Source: Chloroflexota bacterium (GTDB lineage: Bacteria > Chloroflexota > Dehalococcoidia > Lucifugimonadales > JADFKI01). Taken from it: a stretch of 46,866 nucleotides of DNA. The notes under the pieces were generated by a model. That model saw only the letters and a program-made list of their open reading frames with translations, was not told the DNA's origin and did no database searches. Positions 1-10,829 of this stretch are shown here, in pieces (position 1 is the first letter of the stretch; every line of letters starts with the position of its first letter). The translations under genes were made by a program, and so were the position numbers. The stretch spans positions 1-46,866 of the forward strand of contig JAQBUT010000024.1 of the NCBI GenBank assembly GCA_027623195.1, given 5' to 3'.

Positions 1-78
1 GCCCCCAAGTAGCGGAAGACTCTCTTAATTTGGCCTCATTGTTGTTTGAATAAGTAGATCCACCTTATAACCATAGTA

Positions 79-498
79 ATGGCAGACGATGACGAAGACG
101 ACCGAATGTTTGCGCAGGACGCGCTGGAAGAAGCCCGTCTGTCCAACAAAATAGACTTCGTCGAAGACGGCGAAGAGCTCATGGACTATCTCCAACACAA
201 AGGCAAGTACGAGAACGGCAACAATCCCGGCCGGCCAGGACTCATTCTCTTGGACCTCAACATGCCTCGCAAGGACGGACGAGAGGCATTGAAGGAAATA
301 AAGGCAGATCCAAACCTGCGACAGATTCCTGTTGTCGTATTAACGACTTCAAAGGCTCAGGAGGATATTTTTCGGACTTACGACCTGGGTGTGAGCTCTT
401 TCATAACGAAGCCCGTCTCTTTCGAGGGGCTGGTGGACATAATGAAGACTCTCAGCAAGTATTGGTTCGAAATTGTTAGTTTGCCCACCGAAAAATAA
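79..498 (+). CDS. Single-domain response regulator (Rcp1/CheY-like receiver)
   Basis: ADDDEDD acidic pocket, LILLDLNMPRKDG (phospho-Asp), VVVLTTS, FITKP and a C-terminal KYWF typical of Rcp1-like receivers. The start is uncertain: the beta-1 strand (ITIV) is encoded upstream of the ATG. Confidence 0.88.
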   Translation: MADDDEDDRMFAQDALEEARLSNKIDFVEDGEELMDYLQHKGKYENGNNPGRPGLILLDLNMPRKDGREALKEIKADPNLRQIPVVVLTTSKAQEDIFRTYDLGVSSFITKPVSFEGLVDIMKTLSKYWFEIVSLPTEK

Positions 499-500
499 AG

Positions 501-1168
501 ATGTACACAGAGAGTTTGAAGGTGCTCCTCGTGGATGATGATGAAGATGACTATATCATCACTCGAGACTTGCTCTCAGATCTTCCTAGCTACAATGTGA
601 AGTTGGATTGGACGGTCGACTTTACTGAGGCAATGGAACACATATCAGGTCGCGTACACGATATATACCTGGTTGACTACCGATTGGGAGAACACACCGG
701 CCTGGAACTGGTTGATGAAGCTATTAGAGATGGATGCCGCGCCCCAATTATCCTGCTAACCGGGCAAGGCGACCGCGATGTCGATCTCGAGGCGATGAAG
801 GCCGGAGCGGCTGACTACATAGTCAAAGGCCGCCTGAATGCCGACATCCTGGACCGGGCCATTCGATATTCCATGGAGCGAAGGCGCGCAGAAACGATAA
901 GGGACAAGCTTATCAGCGACCTCCAGGACGCGTTGGCGGAAATCAAGACTTTGAATGGAATGCTACCCATCTGCTCGGCCTGCAAAAGAATTCGGGACGA
1001 CGGCGGGTACTGGAATCAGCTGGAAAATTACATTAAGGAACACTCTCACGCCGAGTTAAGTCATAGCATTTGCCCCACATGCGCGAAGCAGCTATACCCA
1101 AAACACGCTAGGGCAATGACAGGCAACAGTGACGAATTGGAAGCGAACTCATTGGAAGATGTGGATGC

Positions 1169-1172
<4 letters not shown>
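501..1172 (+). CDS. Response regulator with C-terminal Cys/His-rich (LPICxxCK...SHxICPxC) domain
   Basis: N-terminal receiver (VLLVDDDEDD, YLVDYRLG, ILLTGQG, DYIVK), a coiled-coil linker, then LPICSACKRIRDDGGYW...SHSICPTC. Confidence 0.88.
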
Positions 1173-2794
<1,622 letters not shown>

Positions 2795-3117
2795 TTAGCC
2801 GCCTGAATGCAGACCTGTCTTACGAATTGTCTTCGCCAATGCTAAAATTCAAATCTTCCATGCGGGCCAATCGGGTTGATAATTTTACTTAAATCCCGTG
2901 CATTTCTTAAATATCACTTTTTCTTGCCAATGGCTTCCTTCACGAAACACCTTTACCCACCTTCTAAAACATTTGCCCAACTCCCCCGATAGGGGCTCAA
3001 GAGGACTTATTCGTAATGAATAACTGATTCAGGTTGGGGAATAAAGCCCTCAAAAGGTGTTTACCGCAGAAGGACCAGCAGCATAGATTAACAATACTTA
3101 TCTCTTTTGGAGGGAAC

Positions 3118-5223
3118 GTGGGGGTACCAGCGACCAAATTACTCCCGCCTATCTTGGCGGTTATTCTTCTGTTGGCGACCGTGGCCTGCAATGGAGAACA
3201 ACCCGCCGAAGATATCGAATCGACCGCAAACCCCGCTAATTTAGAATCTTCCCGCCAACTCATATTTAACCCTACGGCCACGCCTACGCTTCCGGTGCCC
3301 GCAAAAGTAAGTCCGAATACGTCCCCTCCGCCCGCAGGTGATACAGAACCAACATCGACTCCCCCCGCTACGGACATTACGCCTGAAGCGGAACTTTTCC
3401 AGGATACACCCTGCCCGAATTTCGGCGTACCGGCTGGACCAGATTTCCGATGCGGCTTCTTCTCGGTGGCGGAGAACCGGCAGAAGCCGAAATCCGACCA
3501 CATCCGCCTTGCGGTCATGGTGGCCCGGGGAATCGGAGACGAAGTAAAACCTGATCCAGTAGTGTACCTCTCCGGCGGGCCGGGCGAGAACGCCATTGAA
3601 TCAATGCGATTTCTTTTCAAAAGGCATTTCATCGCCTTCACCGGGAATCGAGACCTGATTGTATTAGACCAACGAGGTACCGGCCTATCTGAACCCGCTT
3701 TAGACTGCCCAGAACTCCTGGAACTGCGCGATGAGACTGCAGGCCAGGACCTTGGAAACGAAGAGTCTGTGGCTATGGCAGCAGAAGCCATTGCCGGCTG
3801 CCGAAAACGCCTGCTGGACGAGGGGGTGGACCTCGGGGCGTACACCAGCGCAGCCAGCGCGGCGGACGTTACTGAGCTTATGAACGACCTGGGCTACGAT
3901 AGGTGGAATCTCTACGGCATATCTTATGGCACCAAGTTGGCCCTCACGATTATGCGAGACTACCCCGAAGGCGTTCGAAGCGCGATACTGGACTCAGCCT
4001 ACCCTCTACAGGAAGACCTTTACGGCAGCGCGCCGGCAAACCTGGATCGTGCGCTCACCGTCCTGTTTGAAGGGTGCAGAGCTTCCGAGGAGTGTGAAGC
4101 CAACTATCCGGCATTGGAAAATGTGCTGATGGGATCAGTTTCAGCCTTAAACGCTGAGCCTGTGTCGCTGCGATTATCAAACCCCCTGACTGGACGGGGC
4201 CTTGAGCCGCTATTCGATGGCAATGGTCTTCTGCACTTCCTTTTCCAATCCCTTTACGACACCGACGTCATTCCCTCTCTGCCCAAAATCATATTCGACA
4301 TTGAAGATGGCCGCATGGGCACCGTCGAACTGATCTTGAGCAGCCGACTAATTGCAGACCAACTTTTCAGCCCGGGAATGCAGCTTTCGGTGCAGTGCGG
4401 CGAAGAGGTGCCATTCACGTCTGTCCAGACAATCAGGTCGGCTTCCGAAAAGTTCCCAAAGTTGGCAGGCATGTTCGAAGGACTTCCCGCTTTAGGCCCC
4501 GCCGTAGTACAAATATGCGACGACTGGGGGGTTCCTGCTGCGGGTCTCAAAGAGAATGAGCAGGTATCATCGGACATCCCTACCTTAGTAATGTCCGGTG
4601 AATTCGACCCGGTGACGCCACCCTCTTGGGGTATGCGCGTACGCGACGACCTGCCCAATAGCACATTTATAGAATTCCCTGGCACTGGTCATGGTGCCAG
4701 CGTCGACAACACATGTGCTCTGGACATCATGATGCAGTTTCTGGGCGACCCCGATGCTTCATTAGACGAGTCTTGCCTGGCGGATTTGACAGGTCCTGCC
4801 TTCGAGGTGCCTGCGTCGGAAATTAGCCTCGTGCCTGTTTTCGACCCCACGTTCGGCAGTTCGGCCATGGCCCCGGAAGGATGGCAAATCATCGCCCCTG
4901 GCATGTACGGTCAGACGGCCCTGGGTGAAACCGCCCTGATAATGCAGTCCGTGCCAGGTCTGGACGAGAACGGGTTTCTCGCTCTGATGGCAGGACAGCT
5001 AAACCTCACGGAGCCTCCACAATCTCGGGGCACTTTCGAGGGAGTAGCTTTCACATGGTCACTATACGGCACTACGGCCCAGGGCCTTACCGTAGATGTG
5101 GCCCTTTCCGAATCCGCAGACGCCGTTTATATTGTGATACTTCAGACTACCCCAGACCAGCGAGACTTCCTGTTACAAGAGGTGTTCGAACCCGTAGTAA
5201 TGGCACTTACTCCCAGTCCCTGA
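3118..5223 (+). CDS. Lipoprotein alpha/beta hydrolase (TAP-like peptidase) with extra C-terminal domain
   Basis: GGAGG RBS before GTG at 3118; lipobox-like LATVA-C; Pro/Thr-rich linker; GGPG oxyanion motif, GISYG nucleophile, GEFDPVTP Asp and GTGHG His. Confidence 0.85.
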   Translation: MGVPATKLLPPILAVILLLATVACNGEQPAEDIESTANPANLESSRQLIFNPTATPTLPVPAKVSPNTSPPPAGDTEPTSTPPATDITPEAELFQDTPCPNFGVPAGPDFRCGFFSVAENRQKPKSDHIRLAVMVARGIGDEVKPDPVVYLSGGPGENAIESMRFLFKRHFIAFTGNRDLIVLDQRGTGLSEPALDCPELLELRDETAGQDLGNEESVAMAAEAIAGCRKRLLDEGVDLGAYTSAASAADVTELMNDLGYDRWNLYGISYGTKLALTIMRDYPEGVRSAILDSAYPLQEDLYGSAPANLDRALTVLFEGCRASEECEANYPALENVLMGSVSALNAEPVSLRLSNPLTGRGLEPLFDGNGLLHFLFQSLYDTDVIPSLPKIIFDIEDGRMGTVELILSSRLIADQLFSPGMQLSVQCGEEVPFTSVQTIRSASEKFPKLAGMFEGLPALGPAVVQICDDWGVPAAGLKENEQVSSDIPTLVMSGEFDPVTPPSWGMRVRDDLPNSTFIEFPGTGHGASVDNTCALDIMMQFLGDPDASLDESCLADLTGPAFEVPASEISLVPVFDPTFGSSAMAPEGWQIIAPGMYGQTALGETALIMQSVPGLDENGFLALMAGQLNLTEPPQSRGTFEGVAFTWSLYGTTAQGLTVDVALSESADAVYIVILQTTPDQRDFLLQEVFEPVVMALTPSP

Positions 5224-5380
5224 GCACCAGACCTAACAAGACTTCCCACGTCCCCCAGCGTCATCCATTTCGCCATGCCACTTTCACAGACAACCCGTGC
5301 CCCTTCTCGTATAATAAGCGTCGGATTTCCCTTAAAAAACGTCGCAAAGATACTTAAGTGGATTGTCATGAGGAGGATTA

Positions 5381-6403
5381 ATGCCTAAGAGAGTTGCATA
5401 CATAGGCCGTTCGGAACCAGAAATTGCGTTAATAGAACAGGGTCTGGAGGGCCTGGACTACGAGTTGGATATTAACATTGTCGATACACCGGGAGAGATC
5501 ATCGAGGCCATCAAGGGGGCTGATGTAATCCTGAACGGTGGCGTTGAAATGACGAAAGAGATTATCGACGAAATCGATACCGCCCAGGCTATCATCGTCG
5601 GCAGCCACGGATTCAACCACATCGATCATAACGCAGCGACCGCAAAGAACGTGATGGTCGTTAACTGTGCCGGTTTCTGCACAGAGGAGGTATCCAACCA
5701 CGCCATCCTCATGATCATGGCATGCGCGAAGAAGCTTACTATTCTCAACAGCCTGGTCAAGCAAGGGAAATGGGGCGTGGAAACCAGGAACGCCATCATG
5801 CCTATGGCGCCTATCGACGGCCAAACACTTGGACTCGTCGCCTTCGGGAACATAGCCAGAGCCGTCTCTCGCAAGGCGCAGGCACTGGGCATGAACGTGG
5901 TTACATACGACCCTTACTGCCCGCCCTGGATAACCAAAGAGTACAGGACCAGGCAGGTGGCGACGCTACAGGAGCTTGCCACTGACTCTGACTTTATCTC
6001 CGTTCATACGCCTTTGAACGAGGAGACTCGAAAGCTAATCGGAGAGCCGTTCTTCAAGGCCATGAAGCCAACGGCATACTTCGTGAATACCTGCAGAGGG
6101 CCAACTGTCGACGAGGCTGCTTTAATTCGAGCGCTACAAAGTGGCGGAATCGCGGGGGCGGGCCTTGACGTATTCGAAGAGGAGCCTACATCTCCAGACA
6201 ATCCTCTGCTGAAGATGGACAACGTAATCGTTACGCCTCATTCAGCCGGCTCGTCCAACAACTCCAGAGTGCGCTCACCGCTTCGGGTGGGCCAGGAGAC
6301 AGCCCGGCTGTTGAACGGCAAATGGCCGATGTCCGTGGTTAATCCGGAGGTCCGCGCCAATCTTCCGATGCGCCCATTAGCGGAAAACGTCTACGGCGAA
6401 TAA
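5381..6403 (+). CDS. D-isomer-specific 2-hydroxyacid dehydrogenase (SerA/CtBP-like)
   Basis: GLVAFGNIA Rossmann motif, VNTCRG, LDVFEEEP, TPHSAG catalytic His; RBS AGGAGG. Confidence 0.92.
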   Translation: MPKRVAYIGRSEPEIALIEQGLEGLDYELDINIVDTPGEIIEAIKGADVILNGGVEMTKEIIDEIDTAQAIIVGSHGFNHIDHNAATAKNVMVVNCAGFCTEEVSNHAILMIMACAKKLTILNSLVKQGKWGVETRNAIMPMAPIDGQTLGLVAFGNIARAVSRKAQALGMNVVTYDPYCPPWITKEYRTRQVATLQELATDSDFISVHTPLNEETRKLIGEPFFKAMKPTAYFVNTCRGPTVDEAALIRALQSGGIAGAGLDVFEEEPTSPDNPLLKMDNVIVTPHSAGSSNNSRVRSPLRVGQETARLLNGKWPMSVVNPEVRANLPMRPLAENVYGE

Positions 6404-6441
6404 CCTGAAAACTGAGCCAGCACCCTCATCTAGAGGGAAAT

Positions 6442-6466
6442 CAGGGGTGGCCTTTGGCCGCCCCTG
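6442..6466. terminator. GC-rich hairpin between convergent genes (probable terminator)
   Basis: CAGGGGTGGCC-TTT-GGCCGCCCCTG, an 11-bp stem with one G-U pair; weak U tails. Confidence 0.5.
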
Positions 6467-6475
6467 TTGGCTTCA

Positions 6476-6670
6476 TTAGGCGGCGGTATTGCTGCGCAAG
6501 TCTCCAGCAACGGCTGCCAAGACCTCGCTGCTGGACTGCAACCGAATCGTCCTGATCTCAGGCTTAGCAAAGGCAAAATTCAATAGCAACCCACCATCAA
6601 ATGACGGCCTTGCCTGAAAGCTTCCGCCAGATTGGGAGTACAGGACTTTCTTCCCTGACTGAATTGACAT
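6476..6670 (-). CDS. Small hypothetical protein (64 aa)
   Basis: Strong SD GGAGGT 6 nt before the ATG on the minus strand. It fills an otherwise empty intergenic gap and ends just before the hairpin at 6442-6466. Confidence 0.6.
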   Translation of the reverse strand: MSIQSGKKVLYSQSGGSFQARPSFDGGLLLNFAFAKPEIRTIRLQSSSEVLAAVAGDLRSNTAA

Positions 6671-6785
6671 CTAAATACCTCCGACCCTTCGAACCCGTGG
6701 TTATAGATTTCAAGACGCTGTTGACGCAGAGCTTTATCACCGCCCGCGCAAGAATTATTTTTCTGTAATCTCATTCAATCTTGCC

Positions 6786-6831
6786 ACCTGACACCAAGTT
6801 TTACCTGACTTTATCCTCAAAACTACCTGAC
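6786..6831. promoter_or_regulatory. Three direct repeats ACCTGAC in divergent promoter region
   Basis: Exact 7-mers at 6786-6792, 6803-6809 and 6825-6831. Confidence 0.45.
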
Positions 6832-7030
6832 ATATCTGGCCTGCGTCCAAATCGCTGGATGCAAGACGGACCAGCGCCTTATGTACCTCGATTGAGTATT
6901 CCACATCGGTGTGGATGCCTAGCCGAAATCCGTGGTCGTTTGCATGGAATACACAAAGGGATAGCTAAAAATGGTATTAGGGTTCTAACACCGGTTACAG
7001 ATACTTCATTTTCCAAGGAGACGTGCGGTT

Positions 7031-7948
7031 TTGACAACGTTGTCCGCAGACAGGTCCCAGGCCGAAAGACAACTGGTCGTATTTTCTTTGCATAACGAAC
7101 TTTACGGAGTAGACATCAATGTCGTCCGCGAAATCATTCGGATGCAAGATCTCACCAAGATACCTGAGACCCCTTCTTATGTAGAGGGCGTAATAAACCT
7201 GCGAGGATCGGTAACGCCGGTTATCGACCTACGAAAGCGACTGGACCTTTACGTGGGTGAGGCCACCAACGACTCCAGAATCCTAGTTGTGGATGTCAGG
7301 AGCCAAAACATTGGCGTCATCGTGGACGCAGTTACCGAGGTATTGCGGGTAGCGTCGGATGCCATCGAGCCCACATCATCTATCGTCACTGCTGCCGATT
7401 CTGATTACCTTCTGGGGATCGCGAAGCTAGAGGACCGACTGATCATACTGCTGGACCTGGAGAGCGCGCTGTCCGAACATGCGCTTGAACTTGGCCGACA
7501 GGCTTATCGCGAAGAGAAGCGCCTGGAGGCAACGAATCCCATAGAGGCGGTTCTCGAAGAGGCGATCGCTAAAGAAGACCACGAAGAGGACCTCGGACAT
7601 CTTGAGGGTAGGGATACGCTATCCAAATTCTACTATCGCCTGTTGGAGGCCTTTCCTGAGATCAAGCCCTTCTTCGCTGAAATGGACAAAAATGAGGCCG
7701 GTGCAGACCTCATGGGCTTTTTGCATCCTATCCTTGATAACCTTGCCAGGCCCGTGGCCTTGCACAATGCCATGGAGGGCCTGGTGGAATATCACGGGGA
7801 CCTGGGCATTAGGCCAGAGCACCATTCGCTGATCGGCGACACCCTGAAGCAGATGGTGTCCGAATACCTGGATATCGGATGGAACGAGGAGTTTGAGGCC
7901 TCGTGGAACGAGCAGTATAACGCGGTCATCGGGGCTCTCGGAGTTTAG
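7031..7948 (+). CDS. CheW-globin fusion protein
   Basis: N-terminal CheW (LVVFSL..ELYGVDI..VREII...TKIPETPSYVEGVINLRG..TPVIDLR...GVIVDAVTEV...LIILLDL). C-terminal globin (FYYRLLEAFPEIKPFF...YHGDLGIRPEHH..IG..L...W...Y). SD AAGGAG before TTG. Confidence 0.85.
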   Translation: MTTLSADRSQAERQLVVFSLHNELYGVDINVVREIIRMQDLTKIPETPSYVEGVINLRGSVTPVIDLRKRLDLYVGEATNDSRILVVDVRSQNIGVIVDAVTEVLRVASDAIEPTSSIVTAADSDYLLGIAKLEDRLIILLDLESALSEHALELGRQAYREEKRLEATNPIEAVLEEAIAKEDHEEDLGHLEGRDTLSKFYYRLLEAFPEIKPFFAEMDKNEAGADLMGFLHPILDNLARPVALHNAMEGLVEYHGDLGIRPEHHSLIGDTLKQMVSEYLDIGWNEEFEASWNEQYNAVIGALGV

Positions 7949-7971
7949 CTTCTAGAAACTGACATTGATGA

Positions 7972-8013
7972 AATAGGGCCGGCAGCGGAAAAGCTGCCGG
8001 CCCTATTCTTTTT
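7972..8013. terminator. Intrinsic (likely bidirectional) terminator
   Basis: 15-bp perfect stem AATAGGGCCGGCAGC / GCTGCCGGCCCTATT with loop GGAAAA, followed by a T run; lies between convergent genes. Confidence 0.85.
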
Positions 8014-8033
8014 ATTAAGTTTTGTACCCCGCC

Positions 8034-9074
8034 TTAATCTACGGTTAATACTAGTTTGCCAAAGAAATTAACTGCCTCCATCGCCTCGTGCGCCTTGGCA
8101 GCGTCCTGCAACGGAAAGGTCTCGTGTATGACACCCTGGATCGTTCCCCTGCCCGCCAACTCAACTATCTGGCGAAGGTCTTCCTTGCGCCCCATGAACA
8201 CCCCGAACACGGTCTGGTAGCGCAGGAACATTAGGCCCATCTGTAACTCGGCTTTGTAACCGCTGGTAACCCCGCATATACCGTATCGGCCACCCATGGC
8301 CAGCGATGCCGTGGCGGCAGGCCAGAAATCGGAGCCAACGTGGTCTAACACGACGTTGACGCCCTGTCCTCCTGTGATCTCCTTCACCCGCTTCGCGATA
8401 TCTTCTGTGTTGTAGTTGATAACATGGTCGGCGCCCAGTTCCCTGGCCTTCTGAGCCTTTTCCTCGGTGCTGGTTGTCGTTATGACCGTGGAGCCGATCA
8501 CCTTCTTGGCCACCTGAATGGCGGCAGTGCCAACGCCGCTGGACGCCGAAGGTATCAGGACCGTCTCCCAGGGCTTAAGCTGGGCTTTGCGCATCAGAAT
8601 GGTCCAGCAGGGCATGAATACCGTGGGCAGGGATGCCGCCTGCTCAAAAGACAGTGAGTCAGGTATGGGAAACGCGTTTACTGCTGGCACGCTGACGTAC
8701 TCGGCGTAACCGCCATTGACGCTGGCGCCCAACATGCCCGCGCTGGAGCAGAACTCCTCCTCCCCCGCCACGCAGAACCGGCACTGGTTGCAGGTTATCC
8801 TCGGGTTCACAACAACACGGTCCCCCACGGCAACACGAGTTACCTGGCTTCCGATTTCCGCGATTTCCCCCGAAACGTCGCCGCCCAGTACGTGAGGGCC
8901 ATTAAATCGGATACGAGTGCCCCTGGCGCCCGCCCTGGTATACAGGTCCAAGCGGTTGAGGGCACATGCCCTCACCCTTATTTTCACCTCGTTGGGGCCT
9001 ATCTGTGGCTCAGGGAGGTCCCCGTAGGTGAGGACATCGACTCCACCGTGCTCCGTCAGGTAAACGGCTTTCAT
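8034..9074 (-). CDS. Zinc-binding MDR-family alcohol dehydrogenase/oxidoreductase
   Basis: ACALNRLD, HVLGGDVSG, structural Zn motif CNQCRFC...C, ASSGVGTAAIQ, C-terminal GKLVL. Confidence 0.92.
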   Translation of the reverse strand: MKAVYLTEHGGVDVLTYGDLPEPQIGPNEVKIRVRACALNRLDLYTRAGARGTRIRFNGPHVLGGDVSGEIAEIGSQVTRVAVGDRVVVNPRITCNQCRFCVAGEEEFCSSAGMLGASVNGGYAEYVSVPAVNAFPIPDSLSFEQAASLPTVFMPCWTILMRKAQLKPWETVLIPSASSGVGTAAIQVAKKVIGSTVITTTSTEEKAQKARELGADHVINYNTEDIAKRVKEITGGQGVNVVLDHVGSDFWPAATASLAMGGRYGICGVTSGYKAELQMGLMFLRYQTVFGVFMGRKEDLRQIVELAGRGTIQGVIHETFPLQDAAKAHEAMEAVNFFGKLVLTVD

Positions 9075-9129
9075 TAGTACTCCATGTGGGAAATTTGCAT
9101 TGGTTTGTTGGCGTTATGCCATGTCAAAA

Positions 9130-9858
9130 CTAGAACACCTCGAAGGACACAGCGTAATCGCAGTCAAAATTGGCTCCGATGGCTGCCCCGATAAATGTCA
9201 GATAGCTTTCGGGGTCGAAGTCCTGGGCGAGATTATCGATGTACGCCCTGTGCTTCTCCAGCGAGGCCACACCCTTATCAATAAAGTCGGTAACATCCAC
9301 GGCATGGGTGGCATCCGGCGACCCTCCGACCAGTATGCTTTTCACACCGTTCCAGGGCTCGTGCCCTTCTTCCAGCAGCTCCGGGAAAATCCAGCGGTTT
9401 CCTGCGTCGCGAGCGGCATCCAGCGTGGCGTGGCCTACGGCGCGATGGTCGGCCATATTGAAACCACCACCAGCCCACCTGACCTGAAAGTTGCCTGTGA
9501 TAATCACGTCTGGCTTGTGCCGCCGAATAGCTCTTGCGATATCACGCCGGAGATCGAGGCCATATTCAATGACGCCGTCTGTGTATCCCAGGAACTCCAC
9601 TGTTTCTACGCCCACCTCCGCCGCGCTCTGACGCTCCTCCTCCTCACGCAAGGGACCGGCCTCGGCAGGCGACATGGCGTCTATACCGGCTTCGCCTCGT
9701 GTCACCATGAGGTAGCTCACCTTCTTGCCCTGCGATGTCCATCGTGCCACCGCGCTGGCAGTGCCATACTCCAGATCGTCGGGGTGAGCGGCTATGGCAA
9801 GAGCCGTGTTCCAGTCCTCCGGCAGGGGTTGGAGCTTGGTATCAGGCATTTTTGTCAA
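9130..9858 (-). CDS. PIG-L/LmbE family deacetylase
   Basis: AIAAHPDDLE, TRGEAG, R..E...SA..VG and ADHR motifs. Confidence 0.92.
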   Translation of the reverse strand: MTKMPDTKLQPLPEDWNTALAIAAHPDDLEYGTASAVARWTSQGKKVSYLMVTRGEAGIDAMSPAEAGPLREEEERQSAAEVGVETVEFLGYTDGVIEYGLDLRRDIARAIRRHKPDVIITGNFQVRWAGGGFNMADHRAVGHATLDAARDAGNRWIFPELLEEGHEPWNGVKSILVGGSPDATHAVDVTDFIDKGVASLEKHRAYIDNLAQDFDPESYLTFIGAAIGANFDCDYAVSFEVF

Positions 9859-9878
9859 CTTTCAAAGAATGGCTTATG

Positions 9879-10829
9879 TTACGTCAGCGGGCGCACTTTG
9901 GAGGCAAACCCATCCATGCGGGCCAAGGTAGCATCCAGGTTCTCAGCCTGTAGGTTAACCAGCAGATGGTTCACGCCCAATTCCTCAAGGCGCTTCACAT
10001 CATCGGCCACCTGCTCTGGCGTGCCTGTGAGAATCCTTCTTTCGCCGTCCACCATCTCGGCTTCGCGCTCGTTATTCCAGCTAACGCTATAGGCAAAGTC
10101 CAGCGTCTCAGGGTCTCGACCTACCTTCCGAGCATTTTCGCGTACCCGGTCCCGATATTCGGCGTACTGCTCCAATGTGCCTACCGGGAACTTGGGATTG
10201 CTCCCAATGGGGTACCAGGCGTCGCCTAACTGGGCCGCGCGACGCAACGCCGGGGGACTCTCGCCGCCAATCCATAGCGGCGGATGGGGCTTCTGCACCG
10301 GCTTTGGCGCGAACGTGATGTTGGAAAAGTCTGCATACTTACCGTGGAACTCTGGTGCGTCGCTGGTCCACAGCTCTTTGAAGATACTGATATATTCGTT
10401 GGTGACCTGCCCGCGTTCCTCATAAGGCGGAGCGTCTATGGCCTCAAACTCCTCCTTCATCCATCCCACGCCACAGCCTACTGTTAAACGTCCTCTGGAC
10501 AACACGTCGATGGTGGAGAGAATCTTGGCCGTTAGGACAGGGCTACGATGCGGCACCACCATAACGGACGTGAGAAGCCGAATCGAGGTTGTGATGCCAG
10601 CCAGGTAACTAATGGTCGCCAGCTGTTCCATATACTCCCCGGTGGCACTGCTGGTGAACCTGCCGCTTTCGTTGTACGGGTACACGGAGTCGATGGTGTT
10701 GGGCACGACTATATGGTCGCTCACGCTTACGATGTCGTATCCCATCTCCTCACCCTTTTGAGTCATGGTGGCGAGATTATCCAACGTGGCCAGCGGCCCT
10801 CTGTTGGGTATACCGAATCCAATTTCCAT
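9879..10829 (-). CDS. LLM-class (probably F420-dependent) oxidoreductase
   Basis: VSDHIVVP, TTSIRLLTSVMVVPHRSP, DVLSRGRLTVGCGVGW..EEF, PKPVQKPHPPLWIGG. Confidence 0.9.
   Translation of the reverse strand: MEIGFGIPNRGPLATLDNLATMTQKGEEMGYDIVSVSDHIVVPNTIDSVYPYNESGRFTSSATGEYMEQLATISYLAGITTSIRLLTSVMVVPHRSPVLTAKILSTIDVLSRGRLTVGCGVGWMKEEFEAIDAPPYEERGQVTNEYISIFKELWTSDAPEFHGKYADFSNITFAPKPVQKPHPPLWIGGESPPALRRAAQLGDAWYPIGSNPKFPVGTLEQYAEYRDRVRENARKVGRDPETLDFAYSVSWNNEREAEMVDGERRILTGTPEQVADDVKRLEELGVNHLLVNLQAENLDATLARMDGFASKVRPLT

Noticed and set aside
2997..3845. 282-aa minus-strand ORF
   Set aside because: Antisense shadow of the lipoprotein hydrolase; no recognisable motifs.
9100..10092. 330-aa plus-strand ORF
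   Set aside because: Antisense to the well-supported PIG-L and LLM genes; typical high-GC shadow ORF.
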